Below, piece by piece: positions 37,150-45,164 of a stretch of 64,000 nucleotides of DNA. Within the stretch, counting starts at the first letter, position 1. Each line of letters opens with the position of its first letter. Source of the stretch: Bacteroidales bacterium UBA1754 (lineage in GTDB: Bacteria > Bacteroidota > Bacteroidia > Bacteroidales > Paludibacteraceae); NCBI GenBank assembly GCA_002315615.1, contig DCHK01000069.1, positions 5,333-69,332 of the forward strand. The letters run 5' to 3'. The notes beneath the pieces are model-generated. The model did no database searches. It was given only the letters and a program-made list of their open reading frames with translations, and was not told the DNA's origin. A program made the position numbers and the translations under genes.

Positions 37150-38277
37150 TTAGTCGTTGAGCATAATTGGCATCAAAAGCATCAATATCTCTTCGTTTTC
37201 TACGTTTTCGAGAGGAACCATAATGCAAGCGCGACGGGCATCTGTCAGTTCCAATACGATTTCTTGATATTCCATATTTGAAAGCAGTTCTATCAAATAA
37301 GTTGCTTTGAAACCTATGCTGATTTCGTCGTTTTGATATTGGCAATTTACATTTTCTTGTGCAGAAATAGAGTAGTCCAAATCTTGTGCGGTAACCACGA
37401 TTTTGTTGTCTTTCACTTGCAACTTGATGAGGTTACTTGCTTGGTTAGCAGCCACAGACGCACGTTTCAATGCGTTTATCAAAGTTAGTCTGTCAACAAT
37501 GGCTTTGTTTGGATTGTTTTGTGGAATAACGTCATTGTATCTTGGGTATCTTCCGTCAACAAGGCGACAAACCATTGTGAAATCTGCAAGAGTGAAAATG
37601 GCATTTTTCCCGTCAAAGTCAATTTTTGCATCGCCAGATTCTTTCGGCAAAATGCTTTTGAGCAAATTGGCTGGTTTTTTAGGTAAGATGAATGATGTTG
37701 CAGTTTCGCTCTTTACATTGTTTGCTTTGAAGCGAATCAATTTATGACCGTCGGTAGCGACAATAGTCAAACCTTCGGGAGTCATATCAAAATTGATACC
37801 ACCCATAACAGGACGAAGTTCGTCGTCGCCTGTGGCATAAATAGTGTAACTAATTCCTCTTAAAAGTGTTTCGGCAGGCAAAACAAGATTACCTTTCGAT
37901 TCTATATTGCTCAATGTTTCAGGATATTCGTCGCCGTTTTTACCCATTGGAGTGATGTTGCCATTTTCGGCAGTAAAAATTTTAATGGATAAATTTTCGT
38001 CGTTAATATCGAAAGTAATAGGTTGCTCTGGGCAAACGCTCAACCAACTCAGTAGTTCTTTTGCAGGAACTGCAATTTGTCCGTTACCCTCTTGATTGTC
38101 AATTTCAATAGACGAAATTAAAGTTGTTTCAATGTCCGAAGCAGTGATAGTCAATATATTTCCTTCAGTTTTGAAAAGGAAATTATCTAAAATCGGCAAG
38201 GTGTTTTTCGAAGAAATAACTCGATTTAAAATTTGCAAATGACTCAATAGTCCTGTGCTTGATACTGTGAATTTCAT
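37150..38277 (-). CDS. dnaN: DNA polymerase III beta sliding clamp
   Basis: 375 aa. MKFTVSSTGLLSHLQILNRVISSKNTLPILDNFLF N-terminus and the three-domain clamp length. Confidence 0.93.
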   Translation of the reverse strand: MKFTVSSTGLLSHLQILNRVISSKNTLPILDNFLFKTEGNILTITASDIETTLISSIEIDNQEGNGQIAVPAKELLSWLSVCPEQPITFDINDENLSIKIFTAENGNITPMGKNGDEYPETLSNIESKGNLVLPAETLLRGISYTIYATGDDELRPVMGGINFDMTPEGLTIVATDGHKLIRFKANNVKSETATSFILPKKPANLLKSILPKESGDAKIDFDGKNAIFTLADFTMVCRLVDGRYPRYNDVIPQNNPNKAIVDRLTLINALKRASVAANQASNLIKLQVKDNKIVVTAQDLDYSISAQENVNCQYQNDEISIGFKATYLIELLSNMEYQEIVLELTDARRACIMVPLENVENEEILMLLMPIMLND

Positions 38278-38384
38278 ATTATTGTGTGTTTAATTTCCAA
38301 AACGATTAAATACAAAGATACAAACAAAAATGAAATATAAAAGTCATTTTTCGCCGAATGGTTCAAAAAGTTTTCAACAATCGA

Positions 38385-38837
38385 CTATGCTTTGTTATTG
38401 GTGTGCTTGAAACCAAGATTATCAGCCCATTTTTCGCAGAAAAGACTAAAGTAGGATATGCGATGTTTCTTTCGGTATGCGTCAAAATAGGGCAGAGTAG
38501 CCCAAAAGAAAGATGGCACGGCAATCACAATAATATACAGTGGTCCAAGCATCAAAGACTGAATGCAATGTCCGTATTCGTGGGTAAGTATTCGCTTTAG
38601 TACATTGGTTGGGTTGCTACAATAACTGAAATCGCTGACAAAGATGAATAGTCCGAGCGAAACACTATAAGTTTTGTGCCAATGTGTTACGATTGCTCCA
38701 CCATATCTACTATGTGGATATTTCTTGAACCAAAAAAAAAGTATTGCGCCAAGTAGTGTTTGCAAGCATCCCCAAGTGCATTGCAGAACGCAAAAACAAA
38801 AAGGAGAAAATTGTAATCGAGATATTTTGCAATTCAT
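38385..38837 (-). CDS. Small membrane protein with an HExxH motif (putative metallopeptidase-like)
   Basis: About 150 aa from the ATG at 38837, which lies immediately after the gldG stop at 38840. It has hydrophobic segments and LTHEYGHCIQ. The longer ORF-track form would overlap gldG by 169 nt. Confidence 0.5.
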   Translation of the reverse strand: MNCKISRLQFSPFCFCVLQCTWGCLQTLLGAILFFWFKKYPHSRYGGAIVTHWHKTYSVSLGLFIFVSDFSYCSNPTNVLKRILTHEYGHCIQSLMLGPLYIIVIAVPSFFWATLPYFDAYRKKHRISYFSLFCEKWADNLGFKHTNNKA

Positions 38838-38839
38838 AA

Positions 38840-40534
38840 CTATCTCGAGTATTTTCTTTTTCTCAACCAAGTGTAAACGCCAGCAAAAATGAGCAATAAA
38901 GCGATTGGTAAAACGACATTCAGCAATTTTATGTTGTTCTTGTTTTTCTCGACTTTTGTCTTGTCGAGCATTCGCAATTTTAATTCTCTGTTTCTCAACG
39001 AGAACCAACCTTCGTCATCTGCCAAATAGAGTACAGCGTTTGTTAAGAAATCGCGGTTTCCAAATACTTGTCCTGTGTAAGTGTCGAAACCGAGCGGTGT
39101 GGGACGTACATTGCCCTTCGTGCCAATTATTCCGTTGCGAATAATGTCGCCATCAGCCACCACAATCATTCGTGTTGGTACACTTTCGGCGCGTTGTTCT
39201 TCTTTTGATGTGATATTTTGAGGTTTCATTCGGTTTTTGAATACCGAAGGGAATTTTCCTTCCAATGCAACGGCAATCGGAATGTTGTTTTCTGTAAGTC
39301 CAAGTTCTTCCATTGGAGTTCCCAAAATATCAAGGTTGATATTAAGTGGTGCTTGCAAGGCGCGAGAGTAATTTGACGTCGTCAGCAAAATGCTACGTTG
39401 AATGTCGTGATTTGCTCCAACAAAATCTACGCTCGACGCAAAATCCGATTTCACGAGGTTTAGGTTTTTTGAAATTGGGTGAGCAAAAGTTGGTTGCAAA
39501 AGTGGCGAGAAATACCACGACATTGGTTGGTACTCGTCAATCGACGACTCGCTATTGCTACTGGTTTGCGATACGGGAATCAGCATACACTGTGCGTCTT
39601 CTATCAGTGTGGAATTGATGCGCACACCATAACGGAAAAGTTGGTCGTTGAGGTTTACGTCGTTTGGTAGTGCAGGCGACATATTGTACGCCGAAATAGT
39701 GTCCATCGATATTTTTACACCGTCAATAAGCCAAAGCACACGACCACCATTCATAATGTATTGGTCTATAATGTATTTGTCGCTTTCGGTGAATTTCTTT
39801 TCGGGTGCGGCAATGATTACCACTTTGTAAGGATTCAAAATGTTTGCGTCGTCGCCCAAAACGCCACGGTCAATCTGAAAATATTTGCTTAAAGTTTGTG
39901 TGATGTCGTAGGTGTAGATTTCAGGCAATTCGTCGTGTCCTTCCAGAAATGCGATTTTTTGAATTTCTCTTTGCGTAAGTGTGCGTATGGCGTCGGTCAG
40001 TTCAAACTCGAGGCTTTCGATAGAAATATTCAAATTTTCGTAACCATTTTTGCCGGGCACTTTTTTCAATAAATTTACTGCCAAAGTGTCTTTCCCATTT
40101 ACAATTCTCGCCCAAGGGAAAATGATTTTTTTGATGGTTTTTCCGTCGCTATCTTTTTCGTTCACTTCTATTGGGAAATAACCTTTTTCGTAAAGTTTTT
40201 GATAATTTTCGTTACGTTTTTCTTCGCTATCGGCTTCCGATGGGTCTTCAAAATGGTACGAAATTTTCTTTCTCCCATAAATTTTGAACTCATCGAGCAT
40301 TTCTTCGGTCGATTTTTTTAGACGCAAAAATCCCGAATTTAGTTCGCCATCAAGGTAAATGGTAAACTCTAAATTTCCGTCCATATTTCGCAATAGGTTT
40401 TTGGTTTGTGGCGAAATGCTGTACTTTTTTTCTGATGTCAAATCCCATCGGTAAAAAAGAAACGAGCCGACAATGTTTACAAAAATTATTGCCACTGCAA
40501 AAATGGCGATATAGATGATTTTTTTTGATTTCAT
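38840..40534 (-). CDS. gldG: Gliding-motility-associated ABC transporter accessory protein GldG
   Basis: N-terminal TM segment, then FYRWDLTSEKKYSISPQTKNLL and TIYLDGELNSGF, and a C-terminal TM anchor. These are typical GldG features. I use the ATG at 40534; 40543 is TTG. Confidence 0.85.
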   Translation of the reverse strand: MKSKKIIYIAIFAVAIIFVNIVGSFLFYRWDLTSEKKYSISPQTKNLLRNMDGNLEFTIYLDGELNSGFLRLKKSTEEMLDEFKIYGRKKISYHFEDPSEADSEEKRNENYQKLYEKGYFPIEVNEKDSDGKTIKKIIFPWARIVNGKDTLAVNLLKKVPGKNGYENLNISIESLEFELTDAIRTLTQREIQKIAFLEGHDELPEIYTYDITQTLSKYFQIDRGVLGDDANILNPYKVVIIAAPEKKFTESDKYIIDQYIMNGGRVLWLIDGVKISMDTISAYNMSPALPNDVNLNDQLFRYGVRINSTLIEDAQCMLIPVSQTSSNSESSIDEYQPMSWYFSPLLQPTFAHPISKNLNLVKSDFASSVDFVGANHDIQRSILLTTSNYSRALQAPLNINLDILGTPMEELGLTENNIPIAVALEGKFPSVFKNRMKPQNITSKEEQRAESVPTRMIVVADGDIIRNGIIGTKGNVRPTPLGFDTYTGQVFGNRDFLTNAVLYLADDEGWFSLRNRELKLRMLDKTKVEKNKNNIKLLNVVLPIALLLIFAGVYTWLRKRKYSR

Positions 40535-40555
40535 ACAAATCAAAATAATGGTAAG

Positions 40556-40855
40556 TTATGCGTTTCCGCCCGTAAAACCGATTATTGGCATCGGGTTGTT
40601 TTTGTCATTTTTTGATATGCCGTGTGTAGCATCGTATTTGCTTAAATTGTCTTGCAAGGCAGCCAATAGTCTGCGAGTATTTTCGGGCGTCATAATAATG
40701 CGTGCTTTCACTTGTCCTTTCGGTATGCCTGGCATCATTCTAATAAAATCGAGCACAAATTCCGAGTCGGAATGCGCTATTACAGCCATATTTGCATAAA
40801 TTCCATCGGCTACATCTTCTTTGATGTCTATGTTCAGTTGTTTTTCTTCGCTCAT
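40556..40855 (-). CDS. DUF3467 domain-containing protein
   Basis: 99 aa. GIYANMAVIAHSDSEFVLDFI and VKARIIMTPENTRRLLAAL match the DUF3467 pattern. Confidence 0.8.
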   Translation of the reverse strand: MSEEKQLNIDIKEDVADGIYANMAVIAHSDSEFVLDFIRMMPGIPKGQVKARIIMTPENTRRLLAALQDNLSKYDATHGISKNDKNNPMPIIGFTGGNA

Positions 40856-40960
40856 TTTTGTATGTTTTTTTTGAATTCATTTCTACAAAGGTATATAAAA
40901 TATGTAAAATTTGAAAAAATAAATATTTGCACATTTTTTTGATTTTGTGTAAAAATGCAG

Positions 40961-40968
40961 TAATTTTG
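40961..40968 (+). promoter_or_regulatory. -7 promoter element (TAATTTTG) for the long-chain acyl-CoA ligase gene
   Basis: TAnnTTTG match 24 nt upstream of the ATG at 40992. Confidence 0.45.
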
Positions 40969-40991
40969 TCGCTCGGTAGAATTGAAAAATT

Positions 40992-42644
40992 ATGATAAAA
41001 GAAAATTTTATAGAACTTTTTCAAAAGAGTTTCGTTACTAACTGGGATTTTCCCGCTTATACTGATTATGGTACGAGTGTGAATTTTTCTTATGCTCAAT
41101 TGGCTGCAGAAGTTGCAAAAAAACATATCCTATTCGAAAAGTTGGGAATAAAAAAAGGCGACAAAATTGCACTGATTGGCACAAATTCTTCCGAGTGGGC
41201 AATAACCTATGTGGCAACTGTAACTTATGGCGCCGTAATTGTTCCGATTCTCCCAGATTTCAATCCAAATGATGTTCATCAAATTGTAAATCATTCCGAT
41301 TCAAAAATTTTGTTCTCTACCAAAAGAATATGGGATACATTGCAAGAAGAGAAACTGCATAATATTTTGGCGGTTTATTCTTTGAATGACAAGAATTTAC
41401 TTTATGCTGTCGATAATGCAACTTCTATCTCTCGTGATGAAATTGAAAAGCTTTTTGCCGAGAAATATGCAAACGGATTTTCGAAAGATGATGTAGTTTA
41501 TGCAAAAGTTGACAATTCAGAACTTGTTTCAATAAACTATACTTCTGGTACAACAGGCTTCAGCAAAGGTGTGATGATGAGTGCCAATAATTTGGCAGGA
41601 AATGTGGCATTTGGAATTGGTACACGTTTTTTGCGTCAAGGCGAAAATGTGCTGAGTTTCTTGCCACTATCTCATGCGTATGGTTGTGCGTTCGAGTTTC
41701 TTACAGCCACAGTTTGTGGTAGCCATGTGTATTTTTTTGGAAAAATTCCTGCTCCAAAATTACTCATCAAAGCATTGCAAGATGTTAAGCCTGTACTGAT
41801 TGTTTCTGTACCTCTTATATTTGAAAAAATTTATAGAAACAACATCAAACCGCAATTGGAAACTACCAAGATGCGTTTTGCGTTGAATATTCCATTTTTG
41901 CGCACAAAAATATACAACGAAATTTGCGAAAAACTGATTGCTACGCTTGGCGGAAATTTCAGAGAAGTAATTATTGGTGGCGCTGCGCTGAATAAGGAAG
42001 TAGAAGAATTTCTTATGAAAATTAAATTTCCATTTACTGTAGGTTATGGAATGACAGAATGCGGTCCGCTTATTGCGTACAGCCGATGGCAAGATTATAA
42101 GTCAGGTTCGTCTGGAAAAGTGCTTGATACGATGGAAGTGAAAATTTTGTCGAACGACCCACAAAACGAAGTTGGCGAAATACTTACGCGTGGCGAAAAT
42201 GTGATGATGGGATATTATAAGAACGACGACAAAACGAGTGAAGTGATTGACGAAGATGGTTGGCTTCATACGGGCGACCTTGGTGTGCTTTCTGCCGATG
42301 GCGATGTGTATATTCGTGGCAGAAACAAATCGATGATACTTGGTGCAAATGGTCAAAATATCTATCCGGAAGAGATAGAGGCAAAATTGAATAATATGCC
42401 ATACGTAATGGAAAGTTTGGTGGTAGAACACGATGGTAAACTTTTTGCGCTTGTCTATCCCGAGGCTGATGAAACAATGAATGAGGACAATTTGAAATTG
42501 ATTATGGATGAGAATCTTAAGAATCTAAATCAAATTGTAGCGCCATACGAAAAGGTGTCTCAAATAAGAATTTATCCTCACGAGTTCGAGAAGACTCCTA
42601 AAAAGAGTATCAAGCGTTATTTGTATAATAAAGTGCTTGATTGA
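40992..42644 (+). CDS. Long-chain-fatty-acid--CoA ligase (AMP-binding)
   Basis: 550 aa. AMP motif YTSGTTGFSKGV, GYGMTE, GWLHTGD, and the insertion typical of FACS-type ligases. Confidence 0.88.
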   Translation: MIKENFIELFQKSFVTNWDFPAYTDYGTSVNFSYAQLAAEVAKKHILFEKLGIKKGDKIALIGTNSSEWAITYVATVTYGAVIVPILPDFNPNDVHQIVNHSDSKILFSTKRIWDTLQEEKLHNILAVYSLNDKNLLYAVDNATSISRDEIEKLFAEKYANGFSKDDVVYAKVDNSELVSINYTSGTTGFSKGVMMSANNLAGNVAFGIGTRFLRQGENVLSFLPLSHAYGCAFEFLTATVCGSHVYFFGKIPAPKLLIKALQDVKPVLIVSVPLIFEKIYRNNIKPQLETTKMRFALNIPFLRTKIYNEICEKLIATLGGNFREVIIGGAALNKEVEEFLMKIKFPFTVGYGMTECGPLIAYSRWQDYKSGSSGKVLDTMEVKILSNDPQNEVGEILTRGENVMMGYYKNDDKTSEVIDEDGWLHTGDLGVLSADGDVYIRGRNKSMILGANGQNIYPEEIEAKLNNMPYVMESLVVEHDGKLFALVYPEADETMNEDNLKLIMDENLKNLNQIVAPYEKVSQIRIYPHEFEKTPKKSIKRYLYNKVLD

Positions 42645-42717
42645 TAGGTTGTTGAATAAAAAATAAAAGTTTTTGAAAAAAAACATTTATTTTGTGAACA
42701 ATGTAAAAAAAACCTAT

Positions 42718-42725
42718 TATCTTTG
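42718..42725 (+). promoter_or_regulatory. -7 promoter element (TATCTTTG) for the small lipoprotein gene
   Basis: TAnnTTTG match 58 nt upstream of the ATG at 42783. Confidence 0.4.
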
Positions 42726-42782
42726 CAGTGATTTTAGAAAAGAGTTAATGTTAATTGTTTAATTATTAAAAACTAAGTAAAA

Positions 42783-42983
42783 ATGAAAAAGTTAATGTTG
42801 TTTTTCGCTGTTGCAACTGCTGTGTCTTTTGCATCTTGTGGTTCAAAACAAGCTGAAGCTACTGAAGAAGTAATCGATTCTGCTGCTGTTGTTGCTGAAG
42901 AAGTAATTGATTCTGCTGCTATCGTTGCTGATTCTGTTGTTGCAGAAGTTGTTGATTCAGCTGTTGCTGTAGTTGCTGAATAA
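42783..42983 (+). CDS. Small acidic repeat lipoprotein (66 aa)
   Basis: Lipobox-like signal MKKLMLFFAVATAVSFASCGS. The mature part consists only of A/V/E/D/S/I with an EEVIDSAAxVA repeat. It has its own promoter box and a strong terminator. Confidence 0.6.
   Translation: MKKLMLFFAVATAVSFASCGSKQAEATEEVIDSAAVVAEEVIDSAAIVADSVVAEVVDSAVAVVAE
42864..42929 (+). repeat. 2 x 33-bp in-frame tandem repeat inside the lipoprotein gene (a degenerate third unit follows)
   Basis: gaagaagtaatcgattctgctgctgttgttgct (42864-42896) versus gaagaagtaattgattctgctgctatcgttgct (42897-42929). Confidence 0.8.
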
Positions 42984-43000
42984 TTCAGTAAAAACAGACA

Positions 43001-43036
43001 AAAAAAATAGGTCGCTTTTTAGCGACCTATTTTTTT
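43001..43036. terminator. Bidirectional rho-independent terminator between the lipoprotein gene and the convergent methyltransferase gene
   Basis: Stem aataggtcgc (43006-43015) pairs with gcgacctatt (43022-43031), flanked by an A7 run and a T-run. Confidence 0.7.
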
Positions 43037-43062
43037 ATGCCCACTTTTATGGTGGTTGCAGT

Positions 43063-44226
43063 CTAATCAAAGTCAAACAATGAAGGTTCATTAGTTGGCA
43101 TAAATTTCTTGAATGAAATAGGCAAACAGGTGTTCTCTAAACTTTTTTGTGAAAATAAAAATCTGCCATCACAAATAAATCCCAGTTCATACCAATTTAC
43201 TTGATTTAGTTCTTTGCATACTTCTTCGATGTCTATTTTTTGATTTTTTGGGAAAATGGCTAAAATAGAACCATCATAATTTTTACATTCGTGTGTAAAA
43301 AACGGAGTTTTATTTCTTGTCTTGGCATTTACATATATTCTTTTTTCGTTTGAGATATAATGATTTCTTCCCCATTGCCACCAATTGCTTTCATCAAACT
43401 TTTTGATACCTCTGTTTAGTAATTCTTCTTTATGACCAAACAAGAATTCGTTTGTTGTGTTGTAAATCATACGTTTTGTATTTCCTGTCTTGGCAGTAAA
43501 TGAGCAAACAAAATCAGTATTACCAAATTCTTCATTTGTGAAGATATTATCAGCACCACTGACAGCTCCTACTTTTACAAAAAATAAATTTTTGAAACGT
43601 AAAGGGTATGAGTTGTCGGTAAACATAAGTTGCCCATTGCTGCAGATAAATTCTTTTGTTATATTTGTTTTTCTACTAAAATTGTTTTTCTCAAAACGGA
43701 AAATAACACAATTGGGGTTGAAACCTTTGAAAATTCGCTGGTCACCTAAGTCTATTAAATCTGTAATTGTACCGTTCTCGTATATAAATTGATTTAATTT
43801 TATGCTTGATGTTGCTTTGAAAAAATCTCTCGGAGTGATAAATATCAGTTCTCCATGTTCGGTTAAATGATAGATACACTTTTCGATAAAAAACAAGTAA
43901 AGATTGCTTCGCTCATCAAATAATCTTGATCTTAGTTTCTTTTTCGTGCTTACTTCAATATCTTGATAACGTACGTACGGAGGATTCCCGATTATTGTAT
44001 CAAATTTTTCTGAAATTGGATAATCAAAGAAATCCATATTTAAGGCATTGTTTGGACAATGAATTTTGTCATATTCTATGCCTACGCAATTTGGGATTTC
44101 ATTGAAAAATGCGCCGTCGCCACAAGAAGGCTCTAAAATGCGACCATCGTTTTTTCTCAAAGTGAGCATTTCTGCAACAATACTTTGTGGGGTAAATACT
44201 TGCCCTAAATTTTCAACATTATACAT
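43063..44226 (-). CDS. Type II N6-adenine DNA methyltransferase (gamma class, TaqI/Eco57I-like)
   Basis: 387 aa. Motif order GQVFTP (X), ILEPSCGDGAF (I, SAM binding), IIGNPPYVRY (IV, catalytic), then a C-terminal target-recognition region. No N-terminal HTH. Confidence 0.88.
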   Translation of the reverse strand: MYNVENLGQVFTPQSIVAEMLTLRKNDGRILEPSCGDGAFFNEIPNCVGIEYDKIHCPNNALNMDFFDYPISEKFDTIIGNPPYVRYQDIEVSTKKKLRSRLFDERSNLYLFFIEKCIYHLTEHGELIFITPRDFFKATSSIKLNQFIYENGTITDLIDLGDQRIFKGFNPNCVIFRFEKNNFSRKTNITKEFICSNGQLMFTDNSYPLRFKNLFFVKVGAVSGADNIFTNEEFGNTDFVCSFTAKTGNTKRMIYNTTNEFLFGHKEELLNRGIKKFDESNWWQWGRNHYISNEKRIYVNAKTRNKTPFFTHECKNYDGSILAIFPKNQKIDIEEVCKELNQVNWYELGFICDGRFLFSQKSLENTCLPISFKKFMPTNEPSLFDFD

Positions 44227-44875
44227 ATTCAGGGAAGTATTTTTTGAAATTGAAATAAATGTCAGAACGAAGTTTAATAGACTCGCCCAAAGTTCCTAAA
44301 ATTAACTTCGCTGCATCAAAAAAATCTCTATGATAAACTTCTCTATTACAATTCCATTTACATTGAAAAGGAAGATTGTTGCCATTTGGAGTTAGTGTTT
44401 TTATTCCTTTTAGGGTAGTGCAGAAAACATCAGAAAAATCTTGTTTATTTACAATTAAGAAAAAATAATCTTTGTCTTTTTTGTGCCCAAAGTTTTCTGC
44501 CAATTTTTGAAAATAAGGCAACCATGAAATTTCATTACCGAACGAAGGTTTTATGCCTGTTAATGCATAAAATATACCTAACTTGCAATTAAGATTATCT
44601 GCATGAGTGGTGTCGGTAACTTTTATGTTTATTGGAATAAATTCCTTTGTTTTGGTATTCTCAATTACCAAGTCGTACCATTCTCTTGCATTTGGTCGAC
44701 TAAGGGAATATCCATTTTCAAAATTGTAACTACTTTCTAAAAAATTGAGAATTTCATCTTCATTTATAGCGGAGTTTATTCTTCCGTCTTGTGTTGTTTT
44801 AGAAAGCGAAAGTTCTTTGCTATTAGAAAGAAACTCGCAAATGTTGGATAAAATTTTGGGGACTGCGTTTTCCAT
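44219..44875 (-). CDS. Putative Type II restriction endonuclease partner of the methyltransferase
   Basis: 218 aa. It overlaps the methyltransferase start by 8 nt. A possible PD-(D/E)XK-like core is REWYDLVI...PINIKVTD. There is no recognisable family, so the assignment rests mainly on operon context. Confidence 0.55.
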   Translation of the reverse strand: MENAVPKILSNICEFLSNSKELSLSKTTQDGRINSAINEDEILNFLESSYNFENGYSLSRPNAREWYDLVIENTKTKEFIPINIKVTDTTHADNLNCKLGIFYALTGIKPSFGNEISWLPYFQKLAENFGHKKDKDYFFLIVNKQDFSDVFCTTLKGIKTLTPNGNNLPFQCKWNCNREVYHRDFFDAAKLILGTLGESIKLRSDIYFNFKKYFPEYV

Positions 44876-44878
44876 TTT

Positions 44879-44908
44879 GATTGATAGCTTTGCGCATTAC
44901 TATCAATC
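44879..44908 (-). promoter_or_regulatory. Perfect 9-bp inverted repeat (GATTGATAG-N12-CTATCAATC) ending 3 nt upstream of the endonuclease start codon
   Basis: 44879-44887 is the exact reverse complement of 44900-44908. It could be an operator or a hairpin that occludes translation initiation. Confidence 0.4.
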
Positions 44909-44915
44909 CGACGAG

Positions 44916-45124
44916 AACGCAAAAAAGAAAGGTGTGAAGTTTCTTATTGCGTTACCAAGGCAACCCTGCAAGGAAACCTTCGCCCTCAAATAAGACACTC
45001 ACACCAATCGGTGTAAGCATCACTATTAAATTAAGGGCGAAAGAAGTACCTATACAAGATATTCTTTCATTTATTATTTCTGTGTTTTATTTCCGTAAAA
45101 GTTTGCAGGGTTTTCGGTAAACGC
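44916..45124 (-). ncRNA. Candidate structured RNA or long structured 5' leader of the R-M operon (strand assignment tentative)
   Basis: Nested perfect helices found by hand: 44962-44971/45103-45112 (10 bp), extended by 44949-44956/45116-45124 (8 bp, one bulge); 44979-44986/45034-45041 (8 bp); an apical hairpin 45001-45005/45010-45014; and a separate hairpin 44916-44922/44947-44953 with inner 44925-44930/44940-44945. No credible ORF. Confidence 0.35.
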
Positions 45125-45140
45125 GAAATAATAGCTAATG

Positions 45141-45148
45141 CAAATTTA
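45141..45148 (-). promoter_or_regulatory. -7 promoter element (TAAATTTG) that would start a transcript about 260 nt upstream of the endonuclease gene
   Basis: TAnnTTTG match on the minus strand, just downstream of the DUF3791-like gene stop at 45165. Confidence 0.35.
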
Positions 45149-45164
45149 TAATATGTATATTAGT

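Noticed and set aside
38838-39008. The long 207-aa form of the HExxH membrane protein ORF, which overlaps gldG by 169 nt.
   Set aside because: The overlap covers the conserved C-terminal anchor of GldG. An internal ATG at 38837 sits exactly after the gldG stop and precedes the hydrophobic core.
44745-44993. An 82-aa plus-strand ORF spanning the restriction gene start and part of the structured spacer.
   Set aside because: It is antisense to the 5' end of the endonuclease gene, has no motif and no promoter box, and its 3' part coincides with the RNA-like helices.
45050-45070. A six-codon minus-strand mini-ORF (ATG AAA GAA TAT CTT GTA TAG; MKEYLV) in the large unpaired segment of the spacer, considered as a possible leader peptide.
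   Set aside because: Such a short ORF is expected by chance in AT-rich sequence. I cannot assess conservation or ribosome occupancy. It is noted only as something to examine if the leader is studied.
44916-45124. Possible identity of the structured spacer as a retron msr/msd, 6S RNA, a tRNA-like or tmRNA fragment, or a known riboswitch.
   Set aside because: No reverse transcriptase gene is adjacent. The helix layout is strongly asymmetric (7 nt versus 61 nt unpaired), unlike the 6S central bubble. It has no cloverleaf or T-loop and no riboswitch core sequences that I recognise. It therefore stays an unclassified candidate.
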